From Octopus sinensis (lineage: Eukaryota), in assembly GCF_006345805.1 (NCBI RefSeq), contig NC_043003.1, positions 94,922,001 through 94,986,000 of the forward strand: a DNA stretch of 64,000 nt, read 5' to 3'. Within the stretch, counting starts at the first letter, position 1; the number at the start of each line of letters is the position of its first letter. Below are positions 27,179 to 40,005 of the stretch, piece after piece. The notes beneath the pieces were generated by a model. The model saw nothing but the letters and a program-made list of their open reading frames with translations. It ran no database searches and was not told the origin of the DNA. A program made the translations under genes and the position numbers.

Positions 27179-27480
27179 CTACAAGTAGCAAGGTGTAACT
27201 ACTCTCTGGTACCTACAGGAGTTGGGAAATCTGGTTCTACAGCAGGTTCTAAGTACCCTATGGTACCTACAGGTGTAGGGTGGACTGGTCCTGCAGCCAA
27301 GTGTAACTACTCTATGATACCTACAGGTGTTGGGATCTGTTCTTACAATAGGGTGTAACCTATGGTACATATAGGAGCAGGGTGTAGTTGTCCCACTGCA
27401 AGGTTTACCCAATGGTATCTACAAGATATGGATAGTGAACTGGTCCAGCAGCAAGGTGTAATGACCTTATATAGTTCTAC
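27179..27480 (+). repeat. Degenerate ~48-54-bp minisatellite, 5-6 units
   Basis: gtacctacagg(a/t)gt(t/a)ggg...tatg recurs at 27209, 27263, 27317, ~27363, ~27415. Confidence 0.8.
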
Positions 27481-30400
27481 ATGTGTGAGATGCCATTTTC
27501 ATGGATTTTGTGTTGTTCTGGGAACAAGAAATTAACCTTTTAGTTTGTTGTTTGATGTCCGAACTGTTTACCATGCTACCAATGTGTAAGTAAGAGGTTA
27601 CCATGTGATATTACGTTATATGATAGATAATGCCCTACATTCTGATATTAGGAAGGGCATCCAGCTGTAGTAACCAAGCTAAAACAGACTATGAAACCTG
27701 GTGCGGCGCCTGGCTTTATCAGTTCCTGTCAAACCATCCAACCTATGCCAGCATGGAAGATGAACATTAAATGTTAATGATGATGATGATTCTATGATGC
27801 CATAAAGTACTTCCTTTGGTTTGGTTTGTGCTGTGTGATTTACAGCACTTAAAGCTAAAACTGTAACCACTCTGATGAAATTCTATATTGCAGTAAACAC
27901 TGTAAGTCAAGTAAAATATAATAGATAGTAAGTGTAGGATTTTAAATATTTATTGCTAAACAGGGAAGGTCAACCTTTGATTTTTACAGTAGGTGAAGTC
28001 ATTTTCATATATTCTATTTATATTCTTTTTAGTGATTCAGCCTTTCGTTAAATGAATAAACATCTACAATTTTGTAACTGGTTTCTAAGTAGAGAAATTT
28101 TTTGATAAAAGACTTCAAGATTGGCTAAACTAAACAATGGTAGCCTTTTTTTGATGTTCAGTTCTTTTTTTTTTTCAAGAACATCTTTATTTTATTGCGC
28201 ATAGCTTGTTTTATATTGAAGAAACAAAGAATACCTTTCTTAGATATAGTTTGATGTTACATTTTATTTTTTAAACTGTTGCTGATGAGATATATAGAAG
28301 TCTGTTTGTTTTCTGCAGTTAAAAGTTTATGGTTTAATGTGTGAAAAAATGTTATTTATCCATATGAGGATGCCAAATGGTATAGAATACTATGCTACTA
28401 TATATAATAGGAGCACCGATAAAATTGTTTCAATTTCCCCTTCGTGTATTTGTGTCTGTTGCTAAATTAGATATTTTGCTTCTTTGCTGAAAAAATACAT
28501 CTGTGTCTTTGCACATTCATTTAACGCTTTTAAACAGTCATCATTTCTGCTTTTAGTGTTTCAACAAAAATCTTTTTTGATAACTTAATTTTGGAATTTA
28601 GGTGGTTGTTGCTTATCTGTGTTTTTCTTAAAACACCATTTTGTTGCTGTGTAAAGTGGTCAGCTGGTGCAGAGATATCTGACCACATGTACAGAAAGAA
28701 ACATTGTAATATTTCCTTATCTTAAAAGGGTTTTTAAAAGCTGATACTTGGTTTTTTTTTTTTCATAGTATATTTTTATGTATCTATTTTTTTTCCTTTT
28801 AATTGGAAGTGAAGGTTTGTTTTATCTACTGCTTCAACCATGAAAGGTTATTGTCTGTCAAGTAGAATGGTGCTCTTGTATATAACGCTACCTCTAAATT
28901 CAGATTCTTTGCTTCCTAAGCTGTTGTCTTCTCAAAAGGAATTTTACCAAACACATGAACATTTCTTACCTACCATTCCAGAATTACGATGTCTTTGTAA
29001 TCTGGAATCCTGTAACCTCTTTCAGAGCCTCCAGGACTGATGAATGAGAGGGATTGGGTGTTATACTCAAACTGGGGGCTTGGCCTGAATGCTTGCAACA
29101 GAGTGGACATCACTAAAGGCATGTTAGACCAGGCCATGGATGAAATATACCACTCTAGTAGGCCATGGTAAACTTTATTTGAACTCAGAATCCAAAGAGT
29201 TGGAACAAATGCTGCAAAGCATCTATTCTAACATTCTTACAGTTCCATCAATCCAGAACCCTGACTCCATATTTTTTATTAGCTCTCAAAAATGGAAAGC
29301 GAAGTTAGTTTTGGCTGAATTTGAACTCAGAGCACAGATTATTGGAACAAACACTGTAAGGCCTTCTGTTCAATACTCAAAGAATTTTGCATATTTATTG
29401 CCTTGGCACTAATCTTGTGTGGGGTAATTCTTCCCTTGGATAAGATGAAAGTTTATTTGAGATAACAAGAATCTTCTCAAAATCCATTTCCAACAGCTTG
29501 GTGAGCAGTTTCATGTCAGTTATTTTTATTCTTTAAACTGTTATTGATGAGATATATAGAAGTTTGCTTGTTTTCTGCAGGTAAAGTAGAATTAACTAAA
29601 TACATTGTGAAATGCTTTCAGAGAATACAACCTGTCATCTGATGGTCCAAAACAATGTCTATACATCTCAGATTCTGGATTGCCTATGCAATTGATATCT
29701 TCTCTTTTATTTAAATGTTTTGAAGTAACTGAAATATCTGGGCATCAGAGAACGTACATGTAAACATATGTTGGATCAAACTGACCTTAACTGACCAGTG
29801 TCCAAGCCATTAATGTTCTTTCTTTACTATGATTAAGTTTTGGAAGACTTTAGCCCTTTTGATACCAACTTCCCTGACACTGTTCCTGATTCAATAATAC
29901 AAAGTATTTATTTTAAATGACATAAAACCTTCCATCAAAATTTAATACATGTGTGTTCCAAACACCAGATTAATAATGACAAAATTATTTTACTATATTC
30001 TCCATTGGTTTTAGAATTAAATGAAACAAAAGCAATGTATTTCAACATGGCAAAGAAAGAGTTAACAGGTTGTTCTTTTATTTAGAGAGAATTTGCTGGG
30101 AGATATTTGTCACTAGCACCAGATCTTTTCCTTGAAAATCTCCATTATTTAAAACCTGGCAGTTTCTCCAGATTAGAATATGTTGAATAGCTGTGTAGCT
30201 TCATGTCTCTTCTGATTGAGCAAAATTTTAGTCAACAGTATTCCTTTTGTAAACATTACACTTTTTATTTTGATGCAGTATATATTTAGGACTAAATTAC
30301 TGAATACACCTTTTTTTCTTTTTTAAGATATTGTGGGATTTGGAGGAGCTTTGGGTGCTATATTTAGCAGGTTGAGTGATTCCTTAAAGATTCAGCATGT

Positions 30401-32829
30401 TCAACATGGTGCATATTGTAAATTCTGTCTTTGGTACATTTTTTTTTTCTTTTAATTAATGGCTATAAAATGAAATGCAACAGATGTCAGGGTTAAGCAA
30501 CTAAATGTCTCTCTGCAAATATTCTTCAAAGACCATGTTGTATTTAAGTATCATACCTCAGAAATTAAAGGACAAGGTACCCACAGTAGAGATCCTTGTC
30601 AAACAGCTTGTTCTTACCTATAGGCTTATTTAACTAAACTTAACTGGTTACTTAACAATGACAACACTAAGCAATGTTGTCATCTTATCATCATCATTTT
30701 TTTCCATGCTTGGTTGGGTAAGATGGAATTCATTCAGTTAGATTTTCTATGGCCAGATGCCCTTCCTGTCACCAACCTTCACTTGTTTCCTAGCAAGGTA
30801 ATATTTCCCCATGGCTGGACATATATTTTCGTAAAAGATTTGAAATGATCTACATTGCTTGTATGACAGTGATGCTTCTTTTACAACTGTCACACGATAT
30901 CAAGACAAAGAGACTAACATGCATACATACACTCATGTACATATGAAAAGGTTTCTTATGCTTTCCTTCTACCAAATCTACTTACAAGGTTTTAGTCAGC
31001 CTGGTATGACAATTGAAGACAGTTGTCCAAAGTGGTACACAGACTGAACTCATGAAGATTTGGTTGGGAAATAAAAGTTTCAACATGCATTCATGCTTCT
31101 GCTTTACAAAGATAATAAATCTACAAACAAACCATATTGTTATGGAAAAATGGCACCAAATAAAAAAAATAATAACAATAAAATACAATAAAAATTACTG
31201 TTAATTTTTGTTATTCCATTTGTCTGGAATTCAAGAAGGCAATATTAAAGCATTAGCATTCCTATAGTTGTGTTTCTTTTTTATATCTCTAACAAATATA
31301 ATTAGAACACATTAGTCTAATTTGACTTCGACATAATCTCATTGGTTTTAATATGTGTGCACGTATATATGATGTGTGTGAGTGTGTAGTCATTTCACTT
31401 TGCTATAAGCTTATTGTGCTTATACAGCCTCAGTTTAGCCATGATCAGGTAAGCCTGTGGACTAAAAAGCATCCAAACCTATGAACAGATAGCATGACTT
31501 ATACTTTATTTATTATCCTCCAATGTGTCAAGGTAATGAGATAGCAGACCGTTGACAGTAATAATATGACATCTCAGGATGCTGGGGTTCATGATATCTA
31601 GCAAAAATATTACTATGATGTCTAGCAAAATATTGTGTGACAGATGTGTTCAGTCCATGCCTGGATGAAAAGACAGACATTGGTGAAAATGATAGTTCCC
31701 AAACTTTGATCTCAGTTATCCAATTATCTACTTAACTTCTGTCGTATTAGATAAAACCTTCTCATCAGCATTATCATCAATGTACTCTTAATCCTGAAAT
31801 ATTAAGCTAGCCTGTGATATTTTCATTCACTTGGACCCTGTCTTCAGTTAAAGAGTTGTGCTTTGATGTAGGTGTATATATATATGGTTGTACTGTAACT
31901 GGAACATTTTTCTTTCTGTGTGTTGTAATCACTATCATCTTAACAACAACCTGATGATGATGATGATGATGAATGAACACACAAGGGATGTTGTAGTTTT
32001 TGACATATTCCAAAAATGTTGTGATGGTCACAGCTGGATTACACTGCATTTATCTCTGCTTGATCAAAGGCTAAACAATAATAACTTTAGCTTTATCATT
32101 ATAGTGATCTTATCATCATCATCATCATCATCATAAAAAATTCTTCCTTTTCTCCTCTTCCTCCTCCTCCTCATCATCATCACTAAACAAAACTTTGCTT
32201 TCTAAAGCAGTTTGATTATTGAATTTTCCAGATCCCACTAACCTACTCTCTGAATCTGCAGGCAACATCCCACTAATCTTTATATCTACTATCTGGCTGT
32301 GAGTCGTTTAAACTGCAGGCAGTTGCTCAAAAGTAGATCTAGCTTTGATCATTGACATTCTGTTACGTTTCTTTGCCAACATGAAAGGATTAAGAAGTGG
32401 AATTTAACTAATGCAAAGTATCAATCAATATTAAAGGTTGTCTTTGATGATTTGTGTACAGCAGGAGTGAAAACAAAATCACCTTAACCCTTTCAATTAT
32501 TATGCGAGAATATTACTTCAGAAAATTAGCACTTCCATCTCTTTCTTACCAACTTGTTTTTCTTTGTTTTTTTTTTTGTTGTTTTTTTTTTTTGCTTTTT
32601 ATGAGTCAACAAATTAGTGTATTCTTCATGGTTGGGTGAAATTTCATCCACATTCAGTTGGTACAGACATGGCTGTATGGTTAAGAAGCTTGCTTCCCAA
32701 CTGTGTGGTCTTATGTTCAGTCTCTCTGCACACCACCTTCAGGTAGCGTCTTCTACTGTAGCCCAAGACCAACCCAAATCCTTGTGAATGGGTTTTGGTT
32801 GACAGAAACTGAGAGAAGCCATCATGCGT

Positions 32830-33245
32830 GTATCATCATCATTATTATCATTTAACATTTGTTTTCCATGTTGGCATGGGTTACACAGTTTGTCCACAGC
32901 TGGTAAGCCAAAGAGCTACACCAGGCTCCAGTCATCCGTTTTGGCTTGGTTTCTATGGCTGGATGTGCTTCCTAACACCAATCACTTTACAGAGTGTGCC
33001 GGGCATCTATTTTACATCACTGGCTGGGGTGTCTATTATGTGTCACTGGCACGATTGCCTTTTCATATCACTGGCGTGGTTGCCTCGTATGTGTCTCCAG
33101 CACTAGCCATGACCATGCTTTCACGCACCTTAACATATCTTCTCAAGCACAACAAATCACCAAAAGTATTTGTCACTTGTCATTGCCTCTGTGAGACTCA
33201 ACAACTGAGGATCGTATTTCACCACCTCGACCCACATCTTTCTAG
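32830..33245 (-). mobile_element. Family C retroposon
   Basis: (CAT)n tail, tttctatggctggatgtgcttcctaacacc core. Confidence 0.75.
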
Positions 33246-34106
33246 GTTTACCTCTGTATGCATGTGTGTGTATACAGTATTTAAAGTGGTGTACAGATAT
33301 TGTATATTGAGAAAAAGGAGGCAGTCAAAATTTTGGATAACTCTTTAGCGCTCTCATTCGTTAACCAAACTCAAGACAAAAATTAAAACCAACATAATTT
33401 TGGTTTTAATTTTTGTTTTGAAGAGTTCAGTTAACGAACATCATCATCGTTTAACATCCATCTTCCATGCATGCATGGGTAGGACAGTTCGTAGTAGCTG
33501 GCCAGGTAGAAAAACTACCCTATGCTACTGAGTTTGTTTTGGCAGGGTTTTTACAGCTGAATGAAAAACATGTCTAACCATGAGAAAATATTATTCTACA
33601 AGGGTTGGCAACAGGAAGGGCATCCAGCTGTAGAAAATCTGCTTCTACAAGTCTCGGCTGATTTGTGCAAGCATGGAAAAGCATGTTTAAAGTGATAATG
33701 ATGATTAGCCCTGTTGATACCAACCTATCTGAGACTGCCCTGGCTCTGTAATACACACTTTCCAGTTAAGTGTGTGGCACACCTCTTTTAGTATTTCCAC
33801 TGAAGGACAAGCAATTGATGGTGTGAACATTGAAATTAATTACACGAGAAGTCGAATACAATAAGAAATATATTCATATGTATCTCTTTTTATCTTTTAC
33901 TTATTACAGTCATTAGGCTACGGCCATGCTGGGGCACTGCCTTGAAGGGTTTAGTCAAGTAAATCAACCCAGTTGCTGAGCTGTTATGTTACAGGGATCT
34001 AAACAAACCAATGCTTGCTGTCAAGCAGTCGTGGGGCACAAACTCAAACACAGACACACACACACAGAATATATGCATGCATGCACACACATATATATAT
34101 TTTTTT

Positions 34107-34515
34107 ATTCTTTTACTTGTTTCAGTCATTTGAGTGTGGCCATGCTGGAGCATTGCCTTGAAGGGTTTTAGTCAAACAAATTGATCCCAGGACTTTTTTT
34201 TTTAAGCTTAGTACTTATTCTATCAGTATATTTTGCTGAACTGCTAAGTTATGGGGGTGTAAACACACCAACACCAGTTGTCAAGTGGTGATGGGGGACA
34301 GACACAAAGACACACACAGAAAAATGAATGCATACATCCAAATAAACACAGATAGACAAATGGCATCTTTCAGTTTTTACCTTTCAAATCCACTCACAAG
34401 GTTTTGATTGGCCTGAGGCTATAGTAGAAGATACCTGCCCGAGGTGTCATGCAGTGAGGCTGAATCCAGAGCCATATGATAGGAAAGCAAGCTTCTTACC
34501 ACAACCGCACCTGTG

Positions 34516-34518
<3 letters not shown>
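34107..34518 (-). mobile_element. SINE family A
   Basis: ttcttttacttgtttcagtcatttga ... cttcttaccacaaccgcacctgtgcct. Confidence 0.85.
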
Positions 34519-34557
<39 letters not shown>

Positions 34558-34562
<5 letters not shown>

Positions 34563-34900
34563 GTAAATTAATATGTGACAATTATACAATAGCCAAGATA
34601 AAACTCTGAGTTTCGGATGCCGAAGTGGAAATCCACAACACCATCTCTTCAGTTATAGGTCCACTTCAAAATTGTTCATAAGCTTCAGTAGGTTCACTTC
34701 AAAAGATCAAAAAGGCGTTTTTCAGGTGGCCAGATAACTGAAGAGATGGTGTTGTGGATTTCTACTTCGGCATCTGAAACTCAGAGTTTTATCTTGGCTA
34801 TTGTATAATTGTCACATATTAATTTACAGATAAATTTCCTCTATTTACATAATATTGAAGTCTCTTTCTTTCTTTTGTTATCTTACCGTTTTTATCAATA
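34558..34900 (+). mobile_element. Penelope-type fold-back element in (TA)n, with 99-bp inverted arms
   Basis: 34558-34656 is the near-perfect reverse complement of 34734-34832; the arms contain a hammerhead motif. Confidence 0.8.
34732..34794 (+). ncRNA. Minimal hammerhead ribozyme motif (mirror copy on - strand at 34596-34656)
   Basis: agataa CTGAAGA gatg...catc(t/c) GAAAC tcaga GTT ttatct; stem I agataa/ttatct. Confidence 0.7.
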
Positions 34901-35061
34901 CATATATATATATATAATTATAACAATAATTAAGGGTATATATAAAAAAAAAACTTTTTAATACAAGTTTTTACCGAATATGGTTCTTTTCCATACCGAA
35001 ACTACTTGGTAAAATTTATCAATTTATTAAATTAATAATTCCTTACCCTAGATCTGTAATG

Positions 35062-35092
<31 letters not shown>

Positions 35093-35669
35093 GACACACA
35101 CAACAGTTCTTTCATTTTTTGCCTACCAAATCCACTCAGAAGGATTTAGTCAGCCCAGGGCTTTAATAGAAGACACTTACTCAAGGTGCCATGCAATAGG
35201 ATTAAACTTGAATGTGTGGTTGGGAAGCAAGCTTCTTACCACACTGCCACAATACAAACTGACTCAAATGTACTTAGTTGTAGTAGTAATTTGTGAAAAT
35301 ACATTGACATAAAAACCAACACACGTAGAGGAAACATTTTTTTTAATTCGGTAAATATTAGGTTAAATATTTCTTGTAATTATGCAACGGAAATGTAGGA
35401 GTGTAGTCTACATTAAGCATAGCCCTACTTTTATAAACACTTTGAAAGTTCCTCTTCCACAACACTGGTTACATAGTAGATTGGAATGTTGAAATTTTTG
35501 TTGAATTGCAACAAGGCTTCCCTAACTTCAAATGCAACTGAAAGAAAATATATGTAGAAATATATTAGTCAGATAGTACTATAGTGTTGTTGTTATTGTT
35601 CTTAATGCATTGTAGTTTGATAGAAATGGTAGAATTTTTAGTTTCATCACACCATATATTCCCAAACGA

Positions 35670-35766
35670 TGCACCATGAAATTTCGCTAGGTGCACCATG
35701 AAATGTCACTAGGTGCACCATGAAATGTCGCTAGGTGCATCATGAAATGTAACTCGGTTCATCATG
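35670..35766 (+). repeat. 22-bp tandem repeat, ~4.5 units
   Basis: gtgcaccatgaaatgtcgctag repeated. Confidence 0.9.
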
Positions 35767-35970
35767 GATAAATTAAAATAATATTTTTAAAATATTGAAA
35801 ACGACAAACTGTATATAGATTTGGTAATTGTTTCATTTATTGAGTAAATAAGGAATTACTTAATAACTTTCTGTGGCTTTAATTGTTTCTATTTTTGAGG
35901 TTTAATGCACAAATATTTCTTTTTAATATTTTTATTTGTTCTAAAGCGGCAAGTTGACAAAATCATTAGC

Positions 35971-36331
35971 ATCATCATCATCATCGTTTAACGTCTGCTT
36001 TCCATGCTAGCATGGGTTGGACGGTTCAACTGGGGTCTGGGAAGCCTGAAGGCTGCACCAGGCCAGTCAGATCTGGCGGTGTTTCTACAGCTGGATGCCC
36101 TTCCCAACGCCAACCACTCCATGAGTGTAGTGGGTGCTTTTTATGTGCCACCGACACAGGTGCCAGACGAGGCTGGCGAACGGCCATGCTCGGATGGTGT
36201 TTTTTACGTGCCACCGGCACGGAGGCCAGGCGAGGCTGGCATGGCCACGATCGGATGGTGTTTGTTACGTTCCACCAGCACGGAGGCCAGTCGATGTGGT
36301 GCTGGCTACGGCCACGTACGGATGGTTCTCT
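35971..36331 (-). mobile_element. Young family C retroposon with three internal ~62-bp GC-rich repeats, inserted into a family B SINE (35946-35970 + 36335-36510)
   Basis: (CAT)n tail; tttttacgtgccaccggcac...cggatgg x3; family B head and body split around it. Confidence 0.85.
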
Positions 36332-36636
36332 TATGTAGGCAAAATGCTTAGAGGCATTTCATCTGTCCTTATGTTCTGAGTTCAAATTCCACCATGGTTG
36401 AGTTTGCCTTTCATCCTTTCAGGGTCGATAAAATAAGTACCAGTTGATAAAATAAGCACTAGAGTCAATGTAATCAACTTACTCTCTCCCTTGAAAATTG
36501 TTGGCCATGTGCAACAATATTTTAATTTTTTTCTGAATAGCCCTGTAAGTAAAAAGAAGGAAAATAAAGAAAAGAATCTATAAAGTCATATTTGATTTCC
36601 ATCATTTGTTGATAAAAATCCATGCTAGCAGTATAT

Positions 36637-36819
36637 TAACCCTTTAGCATTTAAACTGGCCGTATCCAGCACAAAACTTTTTACCTGGCCTTCACACCTA
36701 AACGTATGCAATCACATCATTGAAATATCAAAGCTACAAGATAATGCATGATTATTTCAAAACAATATGAATTAGCAAGTATTACATTTGATAGAATAAT
36801 CTGGCTGTTAGAAGGTTAA
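36637..36819 (+). mobile_element. piggyBac-like MITE (family P1), internally deleted
   Basis: ttaaccctttagcatttaaactggcc ... gttagaaggttaa. Confidence 0.65.
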
Positions 36820-37061
36820 GGGAGGTGAGAATAGAGGAGGATATTAGGGAGGAGAGGATAGAGGAGGTGCAAGAGAAGAGAATTATGTATTGGGAATTTG
36901 TGGAGGACCGCCTCAAGAATTAGTAAAGAATGAGGAGTTTGGCAGTCAGGGGTTTGCCGGTCATACAGTGAGTAAGGTTTATGCAACCCTGGGCATTACA
37001 GGAATGAACAGAAAAAGAGCCATCAAGAACAATGCAGAAACTGCTGAGCAAACATCAAGAT

Positions 37062-37707
37062 CAGTGTTTCCCAACCATCTTCTACCTATGGACTCCTTTG
37101 ATTCCTATTTTATTTGGGTGGACCCCCATAGCTATTTGATGTTTAAAAAAATCCCTTCATATTTTTAGAATTAAATATTATTAGGAATTGAATTTAAAAA
37201 ATCTAGGCGCAGGAGTGGCTGTGTGGTAAGTAGCTTGTTTACCAACCACATGGTTCCGGGTTCAGTCTCACTGCATGGCACCTTGGGCAAGTGTCTTCTA
37301 CTGTAGCCTCGGGCCGACCAAAGCCTTGTGAGTGGATTTGGTAGACGGAAACTGAAAGAAGCCCGTCGTATATATGTATATATATATGTATGTGTTTGTG
37401 TGTCTGTGTTTGTCCCCTTAGCATTGCTTGACAACCGATGCTGGTGTATTTATGTCCCTGTCTTAGCGGTTCGGCAAAAGAGACTGATAGAATAAGTACT
37501 GGGCTTACAAAGAATAAGTCCTGGGGTCAAGTTGCTCGATTAAAGGTGGTGCTCCAGCACGGCCACAGTCAAATTACTGAAACAAGTAAAAAAGAAAGAG
37601 AAAATATTTGGTGTAATGAAGTATAAGCAATTTTTTCCACAAATAAAAAAAAAAAAAAATTTATATAGACACCCAAGGGTCATACGAACCTCAGTTGAAA
37701 ATCACTG
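37062..37707 (+). mobile_element. hAT-type MITE carrying a SINE insertion
   Basis: TIR cagtgtttcccaac / gttgaaaatcactg; degenerate 8-bp TSD atcaagat/gtctggat; related to 40177-40527. Confidence 0.75.
37205..37600 (+). mobile_element. SINE family A, full length (tRNA head, CORE-like segment)
   Basis: A-box tggctgtgtgg, B-box ggttcagtc, ccttgggcaagtgtctt segment resembling the CORE domain, internal (TA/TG)n, A-rich tail. Confidence 0.92.
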
Positions 37708-38752
37708 GTCTGGATGGCTCTGGCTGAAAGGTGTTCAACGGGGTCAGTAGAATGCTGCATGGACACAGGCCTCGTTTGATCAACCTAAGTTAGGCCACCT
37801 GGACGAGGGTAATGAATCCAGCAAACAACAATAATAATGTGTCCAAGTAGGTACTAGGACAAAATCCCCTGGCAGCCAATATACCCTGGGATATTGTCCT
37901 TTCTTTACAATAAGAATTTTAGGAAAACTGAAATTTTATTAAAAAAATCTAAAATATTTATTCATTGATATTTTTGTTTAAAATTTGTCCTCGGGAGATT
38001 TTGTTCTGACACCATCAAGTATTGCATCTGAAGATGTATGTTGAACCAGTCACCTGTTCCTTTCCTTCAAAAATTTGGTTTTATCCCTTGTCAGAAGAAA
38101 CCATCACCAACATCGTTGATCCTAGATTAAAATACCTTGTGTTTAACTGTTGTGTATCCCACAATCAACGCAGCATGAGCAGTCCTATGTTGGTTTTAGT
38201 TTCAGGTTTTTACATTTAGAGATCTAATCCTGTTGGATTGACTGTGCCTTCCATTTCTATACAGCTGCTGCATGGCTTTGAAGTTTGCTTCCCAATCACT
38301 TAGTTCTGGGTTCAATCCCTCTGTGTGGCACATTGAGCAAGTATTTTTTACTATTTCCCTAGGCTGACCAAAGTCTTGTGAGTGAATTTGGTGGACAGAA
38401 ACTGAGAGGAGCTTGTTGTATATGTACATATGTGGATATACATGTGTGTGTGTTTGTGTATATACGTGTTTGTGTCACATATTGGAGGATGTCAGAACAA
38501 AGAATGTCACTGTCTTACAGTCTGTTGCTTCTAGTCTGCTGTTAAAACATGTCCACTCATGTATAAATGTTACCATGCTTGAAAACAGGTGGGAGTTGGT
38601 GACAGAAGGAACATCCAGCCACCAAACATCCTGTTTCAGTAAATCCTATTTGACTCCTGCAAACAGAAAAATAGACATTAAACAGATGTTTTCAAATTAA
38701 GCTCCATGCATATTACTGGAGAAAATTTCATATTAAATACATTTGTTGCTGT

Positions 38753-38799
<47 letters not shown>

Positions 38800-39462
38800 A
38801 TCTTTATTGTTGTTGTTATTAAGTTTTATTGAGAGGTAGTGGAGTGGTATAACCATAAAGCATCACACTCTCCTAATCAATAAATATTTCAAGCAAAATA
38901 TAGAACAAAGGAAAACAAAAAATACTTGGAAACCAAGGCTAATAATTTGATCTAAGTCTTTACCGGTCTTACATGTAATATAGTGAGATGTATCCAATAT
39001 ATTTTACTGGTCTAATATCCAATATAGTTTACTCAACCTTTGCCAATTTAATAACTCGGAACTACAGAAATGTAATCAACTAAAGTAATTTAGCTCTAGC
39101 AAAAGGAGTCTGTTCATGATTTATGTACCTGATGGATTATGGTGAAGATTATATGATGCAGAACAAGAGATGCAGTGAAGTAGTTTATTGAGACCTAAAG
39201 TGTTGTTAAAATATTTAGACTACTGTCATAGTAACTTTCCAATGAGTTTTTCAGGAAATTGAAGCCATTATTTAGCGTGTGTGTGTGTCTGTCTTCATAT
39301 TGGCAAATGTGTGTGTTTGTTTCATATTGTAACAATACCAGAAGTACTGGGTTGACATGAATGACTAAAGCCCATCAAGACATTAACCCCGTTATATTAT
39401 AGCTGCAGACCAAATAAATAAAAGCATGCATGAAAAATTATGGGAAGTAAATGTTGTTGTTT

Positions 39463-39800
39463 CTTTCATCCCAGGGTAGCTTAGATTGACCAGTCTTGGG
39501 CATTTATCCTCAGTTCAGTCTAGACCGAGCAATCCTGTGTCTGTCCCCAGCTCATCCTAGATAGAGCAGTCCTGTATGTATATCTGTGGGTCACCCTAGA
39601 TTGAACAGTCATATGTGTTTATCCCTTACCCAGTCTAGTTTAAGCAATCATGTTGGTTTATCCTCAGGTTAGCCTAGTAGTCTTATCTAGATAATCTGAT
39701 ATCAACCTAAATTGAGTAGTAGTCTTGTCTGGATTATCCCAGACCAGCCTAGATTGTGCAGTCCTGTGTGTTTATCTCTAGGTAGACCTAGATTCAACAG
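39463..39800 (+). repeat. Degenerate ~39-bp minisatellite, ~8 units
   Basis: tatcc.cagg..agcctagattgagcagtcctgtgtg-like units recur. Confidence 0.8.
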
Positions 39801-40005
39801 TGGTTATCTGATCAAATGCATTTTATATGCAGAAAGCATGAAGGACTATGTTATCTAATGTGTTTTAATATTCCAGTTAAACACAACCATATTTTCTTTT
39901 ATTCAACTTATAAAACTTGTTAAAGTAAGTTTTCTGTTTGTTGCTTATTTTTAAAACTAAATAACAAATTATTTATTTCTAATTATTTTCTTTTTCTTTT
40001 GTTAG

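Larger units (their letters stand above)
36920..37810 (+). mobile_element. 3' fragment of HERO-like non-LTR retrotransposon (restriction-like endonuclease C-terminus plus 3' UTR), split by a MITE
   Basis: EFGSQGFAGHTVSKVYATLGITGMNRKRAIKNNAETAEQTSR continues as WLWLKG after removing 37062-37715; matches EVG.RGF...LG.....A....AE..S.W.W. Confidence 0.75.

Noticed and set aside
28282-28300. CTGATGA followed by GAAG as a hammerhead or C/D box
   Set aside because: No GAAA, no supporting stems and no D box.
29663-29690. TSQILD resembling the next TP53I11 exon (ISQVLG)
   Set aside because: It lies upstream of the identified exon, has no acceptor and the similarity ends immediately.
35670-35766. Short direct repeats as a possible CRISPR array (also 27179-27480, 39463-39800)
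   Set aside because: Contiguous tandem units without unique spacers, eukaryotic context, no cas genes.
36004-36379. Overlapping GC-rich ORFs
   Set aside because: They lie within a family C repeat and its internal tandem units.
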